Part shown: one piece after another, positions 19,267 to 31,116 of the stretch
Layout: each line of letters opens with the position of its first letter
Position numbering within the stretch: position 1 is the first letter of the stretch
Assembly (NCBI GenBank): GCA_002410925.1
Contig: DHPR01000033.1
Span: forward strand, 142,397-206,396
Direction of reading: 5' to 3'
DNA: 64,000 nucleotides
Source: a bacterium UBP13_UBA5359
GTDB lineage: Bacteria; UBP13; UBA5359
Notes under the pieces: generated by a model
What the model saw: only the letters and a program-made list of their open reading frames with translations
Told to the model about the DNA's origin: nothing
The model's database searches: none
Position numbers and translations under genes: made by a program

Positions 19267-22200
19267 TTACCTGTTGCTCAGTTTAAAGTTTACCATGGTG
19301 CGCCCCTCTTCTTTTACCGTCACTTTGTCAATAACCTTGGTTACCATTCCCTGAGCTGAAGCGCGCACCTTGTATTGAGCTGCTCTCAGATCACCTATCA
19401 TATATCTTCCGTCAAATTCAGTATAAGCAGCTTTAATGACGGATTCTTCCTTTGTTATAGGATTTGTCCAGATAACTTCGATCAGTGCTCTGGAAATCGG
19501 TGTAACATCGTTGGATGCCATCATAACCCTGCCATATACCAACCCCATGGTTACCGTAGAGAGTCTGAAGTCGACATGAGTGGTTTTGCCACCGGTTACA
19601 GTGCATCCGATAGCATGATCATAGTAGCCGGGATACTTAGCCTTTATATAGGCATAGCTGCCGGAATCGACGCCCATAATGGTATAGCTGCCATCCGACA
19701 GAGTCGTTGTTCTATAAACAGGCTTGGTATCGTTTTGTCCTAAATAAACTTCAATAACCGCATTGTTAATAGGCTTAACGCCGTCGGTAACCTTACCGGT
19801 TATCTTGCCGGTTCTAAGCCAGGTTATGAAGCTGGCCATAAGACGTGCCCGGTTATTCATGGTGGCGTATTCCGTCGATGGCGCCGCTCCGTCGCCACCG
19901 CCGCCGCCGGAAGAGGCATTCTTAGCTTCAGGATCTTGGAAGGATTCAAAACCCGGGCGAATACCTTCAAAGCCGAATGCCAAAAAGATAGTCTTGTAGT
20001 TCTTCTGGGTATTCCAATAACAGACCCCGGCAGCATTGCTTATCAGCTTGGGCCTTGCCGGCTCAGCGTTTTTACCCTCTCCTGTGCCGGCAAAATCGGG
20101 AAGCGCTTCAGCACCGCCGGTATTTCCGGCGGCACCGGAATCACCCTCGGCGGCGCTTTGGCTGCTGTATGTCAGAATAGCCTCAGCCGGTGCCTCCGGC
20201 ATAACAACATCATTCCACCACTGATTCTTGCAGGCGTCACCGGCCCAATAATCAGGATCAGGACCTGAATCTTTAGTGCCGTAGTAATAACCGGCCAGCT
20301 TTAACTGCAAACCGCCACCACTGGCGGCACTATCGCCACTTTCAGACGGACTGGCTTCGCCGGCCTTATCTCTGACGGCAAATATACCGCCCGAACCATC
20401 TACATCACCTTGCCCCGGCAGATCGGCAATACTGCCCTTGGCAGGGATAAGAGTCCATTTCCCAGCCTGATCGGCAATATAACGGACCTTCATATATGCA
20501 GTCAAAAATTCATTGTATACCTTACCATCTTTGGTTAATGCCCAGGCCACATCCTGCCCCGTCACCATCAGACGACCGCCGTAATCCAGAAACTTTATCA
20601 ATGTATCCTGCGTCTTAGGATCCTCTATGGTGCCTGCATCGGTCCACAAATTACCAGCATAAGGGCTTCCCCATATAACACATTTATCGCTATTCGAATA
20701 GGTTAACAGAGTAGCGGCATCTATAGGACCGCGGCAGATTATTCTCCACTCGTCGTAGCTCTCGCCGTAAAAGGGATCTCTGGGCTCGGTACCACGCCGC
20801 ATTATGCCTGTGGAGCCGCCGGCCCCCTCCAACCACCAGCCCTTTGACCAGGCATAACCGGACCATTTGATCGTACCGGCGTTGGATTCATATGACCATG
20901 ATTTTTTAAAATAACTTTCGGCCGGATTCATCAGCCATCCCGGTCGGTTATATGAACCGCCGTATCTGACGGCATCAAAGCGTTGCCCGCACATATAATC
21001 GTTTACCAGTAATATTTTACTGCTGGGCACAAAGATCTTGGTGGTAAAACCGGTAATGTTATCGTATGCCTTGGTGTTGCCTGCCTTATCCTTAACAACT
21101 ATATTGATGTAGTACTCGCCCTCTCCGCCTTTGGTGTTGATGGCGTTGGCATAGATACCGTCGCCGGCCAGCCCGTCATTATGCTTGCCGTCATCAAAGA
21201 GCTCTATAGTGTCTACTATTTCGTAATCAGTGTGAACCCTGATCTTTATAGCCGGAGCGCCCCCCTCGCCACCGCCTGCATCCGCGCCTGAAGCACCACC
21301 GCTGTCGCCACCGGAAGATGCACTGCCTTCGGAAATCAGTTTTTCTGCCTGGTTTTTATAAATAAACTTATCGGCATTCTTTATCTGTGCGTACACTTTA
21401 TCCACACCGCTGTGTCTGTCCTCCACTTTGGCTGTAATGACCACCTTATCGCCGGGATGAGCCTGCCTGGGAGAGACGACCGGTAAACGAGTAAGATAGG
21501 GCGGCTCGATATCCCTTAAGCTGGAGAGCCAGATATCATTGTTTCCATCTCTATTGGAAACAAAAAGCATTCTGTTCAATTCAGGTTTTCGTGAACATTC
21601 GGGATCAAAAGTATTATATCCAATCCAATGAAGAAGTGTTGTCGGTGATCCGCCTGTCGCCGGTATGGAAGAGAGGGAAGTGGTAGAGCCTTCCCTTGAT
21701 GAATAATAGATTATCTTGCCGTCCAGCGACCATGAGGGGAAAGCATCGTCCTGCCCGTTTGTCAGTTTTACCGCTTTGCTACCGGGAAAGGGGATCATCC
21801 AGATATTACGTTTTCCGGCTCTATCGGAAACAAAAGCGATACTCGTGCCGTTGGGAGACCATACCGGGTGATAATTATTTCCCATTTGATCGGGCAAGAG
21901 CGTAATATTGGCATCCCGTACGTTGGTGTCAAAGCTTCTGGAATCTATGGTATATAGTCTGTATTGCCCTTCGGCACCACGATTGGAAGCAAAGACTATG
22001 CGGCTTCCATCCGGCGACCATGAGGGGTCTTTCTCATCGCTCTCATTCAAAAAATATGTCAGATTGCGCAGGCCGCCTCCATCAATATTAATACGCCAGA
22101 TATCAAATGTACTCTTAGCATCTTTCTTAGCGGAGAAGACTATGGATAGGGAATTAGGATACCATGCAGGCGATGTAGCAACGGATCCGACACCTTTAAA

Positions 22201-22482
22201 GGTTGTTAATTGGCGGCAATCCGAGCCGTCGACCTTCATCAACCATATTTCATATTTTCCACTACGGTTGGATGTAAAAGCGATACTCTCTCCATTCGGG
22301 GACCATGTCGGATAAAGATCATCGCTGGGCTTGTTTTGAACCGTCTTATGGTTGAACGTAAGATTCAACAGCTTATCAGTAAGAATGCCCGGCTCCTTGG
22401 TTAGCGGCGCGGCATAAATCATTCTGTAATCCACACAGAACAAGGTCGTGACTAATACTAATAGAAGAACAAAACGCTTCAT
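19267..22482 (-). CDS. Large secreted multidomain protein: PD40/TolB-like beta-propeller, choice-of-anchor-X-like Ig domain, alpha/beta domain, two carboxypeptidase-regulatory-like domains
   Basis: Signal peptide MKRFVLLL; repeated PxWSPDG...F.SNR units; LFDDGKHNDGLAGDGIY; GKITGKVTDG...TLSDGSYTI and GRV...TEFDGRY repeats. Confidence 0.8.
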   Translation of the reverse strand: MKRFVLLLVLVTTLFCVDYRMIYAAPLTKEPGILTDKLLNLTFNHKTVQNKPSDDLYPTWSPNGESIAFTSNRSGKYEIWLMKVDGSDCRQLTTFKGVGSVATSPAWYPNSLSIVFSAKKDAKSTFDIWRINIDGGGLRNLTYFLNESDEKDPSWSPDGSRIVFASNRGAEGQYRLYTIDSRSFDTNVRDANITLLPDQMGNNYHPVWSPNGTSIAFVSDRAGKRNIWMIPFPGSKAVKLTNGQDDAFPSWSLDGKIIYYSSREGSTTSLSSIPATGGSPTTLLHWIGYNTFDPECSRKPELNRMLFVSNRDGNNDIWLSSLRDIEPPYLTRLPVVSPRQAHPGDKVVITAKVEDRHSGVDKVYAQIKNADKFIYKNQAEKLISEGSASSGGDSGGASGADAGGGEGGAPAIKIRVHTDYEIVDTIELFDDGKHNDGLAGDGIYANAINTKGGEGEYYINIVVKDKAGNTKAYDNITGFTTKIFVPSSKILLVNDYMCGQRFDAVRYGGSYNRPGWLMNPAESYFKKSWSYESNAGTIKWSGYAWSKGWWLEGAGGSTGIMRRGTEPRDPFYGESYDEWRIICRGPIDAATLLTYSNSDKCVIWGSPYAGNLWTDAGTIEDPKTQDTLIKFLDYGGRLMVTGQDVAWALTKDGKVYNEFLTAYMKVRYIADQAGKWTLIPAKGSIADLPGQGDVDGSGGIFAVRDKAGEASPSESGDSAASGGGLQLKLAGYYYGTKDSGPDPDYWAGDACKNQWWNDVVMPEAPAEAILTYSSQSAAEGDSGAAGNTGGAEALPDFAGTGEGKNAEPARPKLISNAAGVCYWNTQKNYKTIFLAFGFEGIRPGFESFQDPEAKNASSGGGGGDGAAPSTEYATMNNRARLMASFITWLRTGKITGKVTDGVKPINNAVIEVYLGQNDTKPVYRTTTLSDGSYTIMGVDSGSYAYIKAKYPGYYDHAIGCTVTGGKTTHVDFRLSTVTMGLVYGRVMMASNDVTPISRALIEVIWTNPITKEESVIKAAYTEFDGRYMIGDLRAAQYKVRASAQGMVTKVIDKVTVKEEGRTMVNFKLSNR

Positions 22483-22590
22483 TGCTCCCCCCGGCAGCAT
22501 AAATAAAATTGGTATATCTTATTTTAAATTCTTCATGAAGCCCGAATTATCCTTCAACGGGAAAGTTTCAATGATAAAAGCATCATAAGC

Positions 22591-24174
22591 TTACATCTTT
22601 GCAGCCGGGCCGGCATCTATGTTTTCTTTTAGCAAAGCATAAGCAATACTATCTACAAGCGCCAGCCAGCTGGCCTGAATGATGTTCTCGGATACACCGA
22701 TAGTGCCCCATGAGGAGAGGCCATCAGAGCTTTCCACCAGAACTCTTACTTTGGCGGCAGTTCCTGATGCTTCGTCTATGACCCTGACCTTGAAATCCGT
22801 TAATTTCATATTGCTCAAAGAGGGATAAAATTGCAACAGAGCCTTACGCAAGGCATTATCCAGCGCATGCACCGGGCCATCGCCCTCCGCTACGGCATGC
22901 ACACACTGTTCGCCGACTCGTACTTTTATAGTGGCCTCTGTGATCAAAGAATTATCCGCACCTCGCTTTTCGATAATAACTCTGAAGCCCTCAAGATCAA
23001 AGAGCTTACGATAGTCGCCTTTAGCCTTGTGGATAAGTATCTCAAAAGAGGCCTCAGCACCTTCAAACTGATAGCCATCATGCTCAAGTCTGACAAGATT
23101 CGACATGACCTCCTTTAAGGCGGCATCGTCGAGATTGGTATGCATCTGCTCAGCTTTATGAAGGACATTGCTCTTGCCTGAAAGTTCAGAGATAAGTATA
23201 CGTCTTTTGTTGCCAACTTTTTCCGGTTCGATATGCTCATAGGTGCATGCCGATCGACTGACAGCACTGACATGAACCCCGCCCTTATGAGCAAAGGCAC
23301 TGTTACCGACAAAGGGCTGATGACTATCATGGTGTATATTGGCAATCTCATAGACATAGTGCGATAGTGAGGTCAGCGCTTCAAGCTTTGCGGCTGTTTG
23401 TACCTTCATTTTCAATGCCAGAGAGGGGATGACGGAACAGAGATCTGCATTACCACAGCGCTCGCCAAAACCGTTTACGGTGCCCTGGACATGTGTAGCA
23501 CCGCCCTCTACGGCTAACAGTGTATTAGCCACTGCCAGCCCGCTGTCATTATGCGTATGTATGCCCAGGGGTAAGCCGTAATGCTTGTCTGCAACAGCCG
23601 ATACCGCCTCTGTTATGCGCGCGGGAAGAGTTCCACCATTGGTATCGCATAAAACGAGTATGGAAGCGCCTCCTTCCGCAGCCGCTTCCAGTACCTTAAG
23701 AGCATATTCGGGATTATCGGCGTAGCCATCGAAGAAGTGCTCAGCATCAAATATAACCTGGCGACCTTTGCCGGCCAGAAAAGAGACCGAATCTCGGACC
23801 ATGAAGAGATTCTCTTCAAGCGTCGTCTTCAAGGCGGCTTCAACGTGCAGATCCCAGGCCTTTCCAAAAATGGTCACCACGGGTGCGCCGCAGGCCAATA
23901 GTGCCAGAATGTTGCTGTCATCACCGGAGGTTACCCTTGGCCGCCGTGTCATCCCAAAGGCGGCCAAACGAGCATTCTTCAAAGGCTCATCTTTCATGAT
24001 CCTGAAGAATTCCAAATCCTTAGGATTGGAGAATGGCCACCCGCCTTCAACATAATCAAAGCCTGTGCCGTCGAGTTTCCTGGCGATAAGAACTTTATCA
24101 GAAACGGAAAAAGATATCCCTTCCATCTGAGCTCCATCACGCAAAGTCGTATCATATATCTCTACATGTTTCAA
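22591..24174 (-). CDS. cimA: Citramalate synthase
   Basis: [38 protein letters not shown] motifs. Confidence 0.93.
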   Translation of the reverse strand: MKHVEIYDTTLRDGAQMEGISFSVSDKVLIARKLDGTGFDYVEGGWPFSNPKDLEFFRIMKDEPLKNARLAAFGMTRRPRVTSGDDSNILALLACGAPVVTIFGKAWDLHVEAALKTTLEENLFMVRDSVSFLAGKGRQVIFDAEHFFDGYADNPEYALKVLEAAAEGGASILVLCDTNGGTLPARITEAVSAVADKHYGLPLGIHTHNDSGLAVANTLLAVEGGATHVQGTVNGFGERCGNADLCSVIPSLALKMKVQTAAKLEALTSLSHYVYEIANIHHDSHQPFVGNSAFAHKGGVHVSAVSRSACTYEHIEPEKVGNKRRILISELSGKSNVLHKAEQMHTNLDDAALKEVMSNLVRLEHDGYQFEGAEASFEILIHKAKGDYRKLFDLEGFRVIIEKRGADNSLITEATIKVRVGEQCVHAVAEGDGPVHALDNALRKALLQFYPSLSNMKLTDFKVRVIDEASGTAAKVRVLVESSDGLSSWGTIGVSENIIQASWLALVDSIAYALLKENIDAGPAAKM

Positions 24175-24303
24175 AGGCAGTGCTCCTTACGTAGCTTTCG
24201 AGCCTGAAATATAAAGCTTATCAGCTTTGCACTCGGCAATCGTTTTAAGATAAAAATCTTTCTTTCCGGTAAGCTTGCTTTTAGTCTTCAATAGCCCTTA
24301 TTC

Positions 24304-24792
24304 TTATCTTTTAGACTTGACATAATTGATCAGGCCGCCGGCGGCAATCAGATTCTGCATAAAGGCAGGAAACTCCTGAGCGGTATATTTGCATCCGGTG
24401 GTAATATTGCATATGCATCCCTTATCCAGGATGACCTCCACCTGGTCATCTTCGTTAATTCCCTCGGCGGCCTCGGAACTCTCAAAAATAGGAAGGCCGA
24501 TATTTATAGCATTTCTATAAAAGATGCGAGCGAATGATTTGGCTATAACACAGCTTACTCCTGCCGCTTTTATGGCGATGGGAGCATGTTCACGCGAGCT
24601 GCCGCAACCGAAATTATCACCACCCACAATTATATCACCCGGTTGCACCTCATCAGCAAAAGAAGCATTGATATCCTCCATGCAATGTCGAGCCAATTCA
24701 ACAGGATCGGATGTATTCAGATATCTGGCGGGAATAATGACATCTGTATCCACGTTATCGCCGAACTTCCAAGCTTTTCCTTTTATATGCAT
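24304..24792 (-). CDS. leuD: 3-isopropylmalate dehydratase small subunit
   Basis: [29 protein letters not shown]. Confidence 0.96.
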   Translation of the reverse strand: MHIKGKAWKFGDNVDTDVIIPARYLNTSDPVELARHCMEDINASFADEVQPGDIIVGGDNFGCGSSREHAPIAIKAAGVSCVIAKSFARIFYRNAINIGLPIFESSEAAEGINEDDQVEVILDKGCICNITTGCKYTAQEFPAFMQNLIAAGGLINYVKSKR

Positions 24793-24808
24793 ATCAAATC
24801 AGCCTTTC

Positions 24809-26068
24809 TTAAATCTCATCCGGAGAAACGATTCTTCCGGCCACAGCTGAGGCCGCTGCAACTGCAGGGTTGGATAGGTAGACTTCACTCTGAGGATGCC
24901 CCATACGCCCTACAAAGTTACGATTGGTAGTGGCAATAGCTCTCTCTCCGCTGGCCAATATACCCATATGACCGCCAAGGCATGGACCGCAAGTAGGTGT
25001 GCTGAAAGCGGCACCTGCCTCCACCAGAGCCTCTGCCAGGCCCTCTCGGATAGCCTGCAGATAGATCTCTTGAGTACCGGGAATAACAATCAAGCGTACT
25101 TTTCTATTTACCTTCTTCCCTTTCAAAACTTTAGTGGCAATCCTCAGGTCCTCTATTCTGCCGTTGGTGCAAGAGCCTATCACTGCCTGATCTATTGATA
25201 TATCTCCTGCCTGGCTTACAGGGCGAGTGTTCTCCGGCAGATGAGGAAAAGCAACCATCGGTTCCAGGGCGGAGACATCGATATTATGAACGGAACGATA
25301 TACTGCATCATTATCACTGGCATAAAGTGTAAAATCATGCTTGGCCCTTCCGCTCATGTAATCGATTGTTTGCTGATCCGGCGGTATGATTCCATTCTTG
25401 CCGCCCGCCTCGATAGCCATATTACAAATTGTAAATCTATCGGCCATTGTCATATAATCGAATGCATCTCCGGTAAACTCCATAGCCCTGTATAGAGCTC
25501 CGTCTACACCTATCATCCCGATGATATAAAGCATGAGATCCTTACCGGATACCCATCTACTCGGGCGTCCTGTGCAAATAAACTTCATGCTCTCCGGCAC
25601 CTTAATCCAGCACTCGCCGGTAGCCATGGCGGCTGCCATATCGGTACTGCCCATGCCGGTGGAAAAAGCGCCGAGCGCACCATAAGTGCAGGTGTGTGAA
25701 TCCGCACCTATGACCAGATCTCCGGCAACCACCAATCCTTTATCAGGGAGAAGTGTATGCTCTATACCCATGCACCCTATCTCGAAAAAGTTTACTATCC
25801 CGTATGCTTCTGCGAAGCGGCGCATGATCTTAACCTGCTCTGCCGCCTTGATATCCTTATTGGGCGTGAAATGATCCGGCACCAGAGCTATTTTGTTACG
25901 ATCGAATACTCTTTCGGCTCCGATCTTTTCGAACGCCTTTATAGCAACTGGAGCGGTGATATCATTGCCGAGAACAAGGTCTACCCTGACATCGATCAAT
26001 TCTCCCGGCCTGACAGCGCTTTTGCCGGCATGCGCCGCCAGTATCTTTTCGGTTATCGTCATTCCCAT
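24809..26068 (-). CDS. leuC: 3-isopropylmalate dehydratase large subunit
   Basis: [36 protein letters not shown]. Confidence 0.96.
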   Translation of the reverse strand: MGMTITEKILAAHAGKSAVRPGELIDVRVDLVLGNDITAPVAIKAFEKIGAERVFDRNKIALVPDHFTPNKDIKAAEQVKIMRRFAEAYGIVNFFEIGCMGIEHTLLPDKGLVVAGDLVIGADSHTCTYGALGAFSTGMGSTDMAAAMATGECWIKVPESMKFICTGRPSRWVSGKDLMLYIIGMIGVDGALYRAMEFTGDAFDYMTMADRFTICNMAIEAGGKNGIIPPDQQTIDYMSGRAKHDFTLYASDNDAVYRSVHNIDVSALEPMVAFPHLPENTRPVSQAGDISIDQAVIGSCTNGRIEDLRIATKVLKGKKVNRKVRLIVIPGTQEIYLQAIREGLAEALVEAGAAFSTPTCGPCLGGHMGILASGERAIATTNRNFVGRMGHPQSEVYLSNPAVAAASAVAGRIVSPDEI

Positions 26069-26079
26069 CAGTATAGCTC

Positions 26080-27600
26080 CTATCGTGATTTTGATGCATA
26101 CGCCAATTTGTTCAACGCCTGAATATAGGCCTTAGCGCTGGCCTCTATGATATCAGTACTGCTCCCTCTCCCGGTAAAAATACGCCCTTCGCTGTTACCC
26201 AAACGTACCATCACTTCACCCAGCGCATCCGTTCCTCCGGTTACGGACTTTACTGAATAATCGATAAGTTTATGCTGAAAGTCTACAATATTGTCTATGG
26301 CTTTGTAAACAGCATCGACAGATCCTACGCCTATAGCCGTATCGATAATCTCAGCGCCGTCACGAATAATCCTGATTGCGGCCTCTGGAATAGTAGTTGT
26401 TCCCGCTGATACATGCATATAATCGAGTGTAAAAACCTCGGGTACAGTATAGACTTCATCAGCAATAATGGATTCGATATCTCTGTCGGATACCTCTTTC
26501 TTTTTATCCGCCAGATCCTTAAAACGTATAAAGGCTTTATTAAGATCATCTTTATCAAGAGCATAGCCCATCTCGTTGAGCTTCTTCTCAAAGGCATGCC
26601 GGCCGGAATGTTTTCCCAGAACCAACTGGCTCTCATTAAGACCTATATCCCTGGCATCCATTATCTCATAGGTGCTCCGTTCGCACATCACGCCATGCTG
26701 ATGTATGCCGGATTCATGAGCAAAGGCATTGACTCCGACAATGGCTTTATTGGGCTGAACTATTATTCCGGTCATATCGCTGACCATTCGGCTGCTCTTG
26801 TATATCTCCCGCATATTTATATTGGTCTTCAAGCCAAAATAATCCGCACGGGTGGCTAAAGCCATAACTATCTCTTCCAGGGCGGTATTGCCTGCTCTCT
26901 CTCCTATGCCGTTAATGCTGCACTCTACCTGGTCGGCTCCCGCTTCTACAGCCGCCAGTGCATTGGCCGATGCCAACCCCAGATCGTTATGGCAGTGTAC
27001 GCTTATAGTTACACCTTCTATACCCTTTACCTGCTCTCTGATAGTGGCGATAAGCCGGCTAAATTCAACGGGCAATATATAGCCGACGGTATCGGGTATG
27101 TTCAGAACGGTGGCGCCTGCATCGATAACAGCTTCGAGCACACGGCAAAGATAATCGACATCGGTCCGAGAAGCATCCTCTGCCGAAAACTCTACGTCAT
27201 CGGTATATTTTTTAGCATACGAAACGGCATCCACCGCCATGTTCAGGACCTCGTCATGGCTCTTTTTCAGCTTATGTTTCAAATGAATGTCGGAGGTAGC
27301 AATGAAGGTATGGATTCGCGATCTATCGGCATACTGCAAAGCTTCCCAGGCACGATCAATATCTTTATGGTTAGCCCGGCAAAGACCGGCGATAACCGGA
27401 CCTTTGACTCTCTTAGCAATCTCCTTTACCGCATCAAAATCGCCCTGCGAAGAAATGGGGAAGCCGGCCTCTATTACATCTACGTTCAAGCGTGCTAATT
27501 GACGCGCGATTTCCAACTTTTCATCGGGATTGAGGCTGGCACCGGGCGACTGCTCTCCATCTCGGAGAGTGGTATCAAAAATATTAATTATCCTATCCAA
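26080..27600 (-). CDS. leuA: 2-isopropylmalate synthase
   Basis: [26 protein letters not shown], regulatory C-terminus. Confidence 0.97.
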   Translation of the reverse strand: MDRIINIFDTTLRDGEQSPGASLNPDEKLEIARQLARLNVDVIEAGFPISSQGDFDAVKEIAKRVKGPVIAGLCRANHKDIDRAWEALQYADRSRIHTFIATSDIHLKHKLKKSHDEVLNMAVDAVSYAKKYTDDVEFSAEDASRTDVDYLCRVLEAVIDAGATVLNIPDTVGYILPVEFSRLIATIREQVKGIEGVTISVHCHNDLGLASANALAAVEAGADQVECSINGIGERAGNTALEEIVMALATRADYFGLKTNINMREIYKSSRMVSDMTGIIVQPNKAIVGVNAFAHESGIHQHGVMCERSTYEIMDARDIGLNESQLVLGKHSGRHAFEKKLNEMGYALDKDDLNKAFIRFKDLADKKKEVSDRDIESIIADEVYTVPEVFTLDYMHVSAGTTTIPEAAIRIIRDGAEIIDTAIGVGSVDAVYKAIDNIVDFQHKLIDYSVKSVTGGTDALGEVMVRLGNSEGRIFTGRGSSTDIIEASAKAYIQALNKLAYASKSR

Positions 27601-27626
27601 CCTTTGTACCTCCCATAACAGCTATA

Positions 27627-27750
27627 AAGTCCGAAGTCCGAAGCAGCCTACGCTCAGCCAGACTGCCTTTATCACTAAGTGCTAAAATTACTTCTCAGCC
27701 TTAGGGCTGTCAGTTTATACCTGGGCATTCTCCTTCAGACTTCAGACCTT
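27627..27750 (-). repeat. Inverted heptamer tandem repeats forming a long hairpin in the ilvC-leuA spacer
   Basis: (AAGTCCG)2 at 27627-27640 and (TTCAGAC)2 at 27734-27747. Confidence 0.75.
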
Positions 27751-27760
27751 TACCCTCAGA

Positions 27761-28753
27761 TTATTTTTTCAGCCATACCATCATATCACGCAGCTCTGCG
27801 CCCACCTTCTCAATAAGGTGCTCCTTGCCCATTCTGGCAAGAGCATTGAATACAGGGCGATTGGCCTGGTTCTCCAGCATCCACTCACGAGCAAATTCAC
27901 CGGTCTGGATCTCAGCCAATATCTCTTCCATCTCCTCGCGGACATAGTCATTGACTATTCTCGGACCGCGAGTGAGATCACCATATTCAGCTGTGTTGCT
28001 GATGGAATCACGCATGGTGGCTATACCACCTTCATACAAAAGATCTACAATCAGCTTAAGCTCATGCAGGCACTCAAAATAGGCTATTTCAGGTTGATAA
28101 CCGGCGTTCACCAGGGTTTCAAAACCGGCAGTAACCAGGGCAGTGGCACCGCCACAGAGAACAGCCTGCTCACCAAAAAGATCGGTCTCGGTCTCCTCCT
28201 TGAAGGTTGTTTCCAGAACGCCTGCTCTAGTAGCACCTATGCCGGCAGCATAAGCTAGGGCCAACTGCTTGGCCTTGCCGGTATGATCCTGATAAACCGC
28301 TATGAGCGCAGGCACTCCGGCGCCTTCCGTGTAAACTCTTCTAACAAGATGCCCCGGTCCCTTTGGTGCCACCATTAATACATCGACATCAGCGGGAGGA
28401 ACTATCTGGCCGAAATGGATATTGAAGCCATGAGAGAAAAGCAACGCGTTGCCCGGCTTCAGGCCTTTCTGAACCTCGTTTTTGTAAACCTTGGATTGAA
28501 CCTCATCTTCGGTAAGGATCTGAATTATATCAGCCTTCCCGGCGGCCTCTGCGGCGCTTAGGGGAGTAAAGCCATCTTCCACAGCCTTCTTCCAGTTAGC
28601 GCTGCCTTGTAAATCGCTGACGATTACATTAAAGCCGCTATCTCTCAAGTTCTGTGCCTGAGCATGCCCCTGGCTGCCATATCCGATAATAGCTATAACC
28701 TTTCCCTTCAATAGACCCAGATCGGCATCCTTGTCATAATAAATCTTTGCCAT
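27761..28753 (-). CDS. ilvC: Ketol-acid reductoisomerase
   Basis: [30 protein letters not shown]. Confidence 0.97.
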   Translation of the reverse strand: MAKIYYDKDADLGLLKGKVIAIIGYGSQGHAQAQNLRDSGFNVIVSDLQGSANWKKAVEDGFTPLSAAEAAGKADIIQILTEDEVQSKVYKNEVQKGLKPGNALLFSHGFNIHFGQIVPPADVDVLMVAPKGPGHLVRRVYTEGAGVPALIAVYQDHTGKAKQLALAYAAGIGATRAGVLETTFKEETETDLFGEQAVLCGGATALVTAGFETLVNAGYQPEIAYFECLHELKLIVDLLYEGGIATMRDSISNTAEYGDLTRGPRIVNDYVREEMEEILAEIQTGEFAREWMLENQANRPVFNALARMGKEHLIEKVGAELRDMMVWLKK

Positions 28754-28807
28754 TGTACACTCCTCCTTTATTTTAGTAACTACTCTATCCGTTCTTCGTA
28801 GTTACAT

Positions 28808-29296
28808 TCACTCGGTGCTCTTGGAACCTCTTGCTAAAACTATTTTACCGGTTCTGACTATCTCTTTTATGCCAAAGGGCCTGAACAACTGCTCTATGGC
28901 GTTAATCTTGCCCTCGCTTCCAGTTATTTCAACTACAAAAGTCTTATCCGAAACATCCACAATTTTTCCCCGGAATATATCCGTTATCTGCATGATCTCA
29001 TTGCGACTACGCGTTTCGGCGCTAACCTTTATAAGGGCAAGCTCTCTTTCCACGACGCTCTCTTCCGTGTGGTCATAAACCTTTATGACCTCTACCAGCT
29101 TATATATCTGTTTGCGTATCTGTTCCAGAGCCGCTACATCGCCATCCACCACAATCGTCATTCTTGAAATATCCGGATTTTCAGTTGAGTTCACGGAGAG
29201 ACTCTCTATATTGAAGCCCCTTCTGGCAAACAGACCGGATACTCGCGTCAAAACGCCGGGGTGATTGGATACCAGCACTGACAACGTATGTCTCAT
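28808..29296 (-). CDS. ilvN: Acetolactate synthase small subunit
   Basis: ACT domain NHPGVLTRVSGLFARRGFNIESL. Confidence 0.96.
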   Translation of the reverse strand: MRHTLSVLVSNHPGVLTRVSGLFARRGFNIESLSVNSTENPDISRMTIVVDGDVAALEQIRKQIYKLVEVIKVYDHTEESVVERELALIKVSAETRSRNEIMQITDIFRGKIVDVSDKTFVVEITGSEGKINAIEQLFRPFGIKEIVRTGKIVLARGSKSTE

Positions 29297-29424
29297 ATCA
29301 CTTCCCCTTTTCTAAATAATGCTGAACGTGGAATCGCATCTCTCACACTCTGCATCAAGATTTTTCCTTATTCGCACATGCGAAATCGGAAATCAAATCC
29401 GCATTCTATCTCTTGTCCTGTCAT

Positions 29425-31104
29425 CTAATCTATCATCATTTTATCGATACTGCCTCCGGCAGGTATCATCGGCATAACATTCTCTTCCCGTGCAATAATA
29501 AAATCAATAATACAGGGAACATCGGTGCATTCCAGAGCACGCTGTAAAGCAGGCTCAACCTCTTCCGGAGCCTGGACCCTGATACCCACTGCGCCATAGG
29601 CTTCCGCCAGCTTGATAAAATCCGGGTTAGTATAACCGATGTCGGTATGCGAATAACGTCTATCGTAAAACAACTGCTGCCACTGTCGCACCATACCCAG
29701 GTATCCATTATTAAGAATGGCAATCTTTATAGGAAGCTTATTCGATACAGCGGTCGCCATTTCCTGGATGTTCATCTGTATGCTGCCATCGCCGGCGATA
29801 TCAAAAACTATATCATTCGGACAAGCAATCTGCGCCCCGATAGCGGCCGGCAGGCCATATCCCATGGTCCCGAGACCGCCGGAAGAGATAAATTGTCTCG
29901 GACGTGATGCTTTGTAAAATTGCGCAGCCCACATCTGGTTCTGCCCAACTTCCGTAGTAATAATCGCCTTGCCTCCGGTAAGGCGGTGTATAGTTTCAAT
30001 AACCGCCTGAGGCTTGATCCCATCGGTATCATCACAGCTGTAATTCAACGGGTATTGCTCTCGCCAATCGTCGATACGCTCTCTCCAGGCAGTGATCTCC
30101 GCAGGCTTTGCTTCTTTCAAAAGCATTTGCAATATGTTACGTGCATCACCGACTATAGGCACATCCACAGCAACGCTCTTTCCGATTTCCGCCGGATCTA
30201 TATCTATATGAATCACTGCGGCATGAGGCGCAAAAGTATCCAACTTGCCGGTAACCCTATCGTCAAAGCGCGCACCGATCACAATAAGAAGATCTGCCTC
30301 ATGCACGGCATAATTGGAATAAGCGGTGCCGTGCATGCCCAGCATGCCAAGCGATAGCGGGTCATCTTCAGGGAAAACGCCTTTTCCCATAAGAGAGGTA
30401 GCCACAGGTATACCGGTCAACCGTGCCAGCTTCGTTAACTCAGCTGATGCGCCGGCAGTAACAACACCACCGCCGGCCAGGATAATCGGTTGCTTGGCTT
30501 TTTTTATAAGCCTGGCCGCATTCTTTACTTGCATTGGATGACCTTCATAATAAGGCTTATATCCAGGCATATTGACCTTTTCCGGATAGCTGAATTCCAT
30601 GGTCGCACTGCAGACATCCGTCGGCAGGTCTATGACTACCGGCCCGGGGCGACCAGTGGAAGCTATATGGAAAGCCTCTTTAACGGTTCTGGCCAGATCA
30701 CATACATCCTTGACCAGGAAATTATGTTTAACAATGGGCATCATTATGCCGGTTACATCAGCTTCCTGGAAAGAATCCTTGCCAAGAGCCGTGGTCTTAA
30801 CCTGCCCCGTTATTGCCACCAGAGGAATAGAATCCATATGAGCGGTAGCTATGCCGCTTACCAGGTTGCAGGCGCCGGGGCCTGATGTTGCCAGGCATAC
30901 GCCGACACGTCCGGTGGCGCGAGCATAACCATCCGCCGCATGCACGGCTCCCTGCTCATGACGCACCAGTATATGTCGAATGCCCTCCACATCGTACAGG
31001 GCATCATAGATAGGAAGAACTACTCCGCCGGGATAACCAAAAACAACTTCAACACCTTCCCGACGCAGCGATTCGATAAGAATTCTAGCTCCGTTAATCT
31101 TCAC
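29425..31104 (-). CDS. ilvB: Acetolactate synthase large subunit
   Basis: FGYPGG, RHEQGA, TSGPG, GDGS...NN TPP motif; start GTG at 31104 after AGGAG. Confidence 0.97.
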   Translation of the reverse strand: MKINGARILIESLRREGVEVVFGYPGGVVLPIYDALYDVEGIRHILVRHEQGAVHAADGYARATGRVGVCLATSGPGACNLVSGIATAHMDSIPLVAITGQVKTTALGKDSFQEADVTGIMMPIVKHNFLVKDVCDLARTVKEAFHIASTGRPGPVVIDLPTDVCSATMEFSYPEKVNMPGYKPYYEGHPMQVKNAARLIKKAKQPIILAGGGVVTAGASAELTKLARLTGIPVATSLMGKGVFPEDDPLSLGMLGMHGTAYSNYAVHEADLLIVIGARFDDRVTGKLDTFAPHAAVIHIDIDPAEIGKSVAVDVPIVGDARNILQMLLKEAKPAEITAWRERIDDWREQYPLNYSCDDTDGIKPQAVIETIHRLTGGKAIITTEVGQNQMWAAQFYKASRPRQFISSGGLGTMGYGLPAAIGAQIACPNDIVFDIAGDGSIQMNIQEMATAVSNKLPIKIAILNNGYLGMVRQWQQLFYDRRYSHTDIGYTNPDFIKLAEAYGAVGIRVQAPEEVEPALQRALECTDVPCIIDFIIAREENVMPMIPAGGSIDKMMID

Positions 31105-31116
31105 GTAACACACTCC

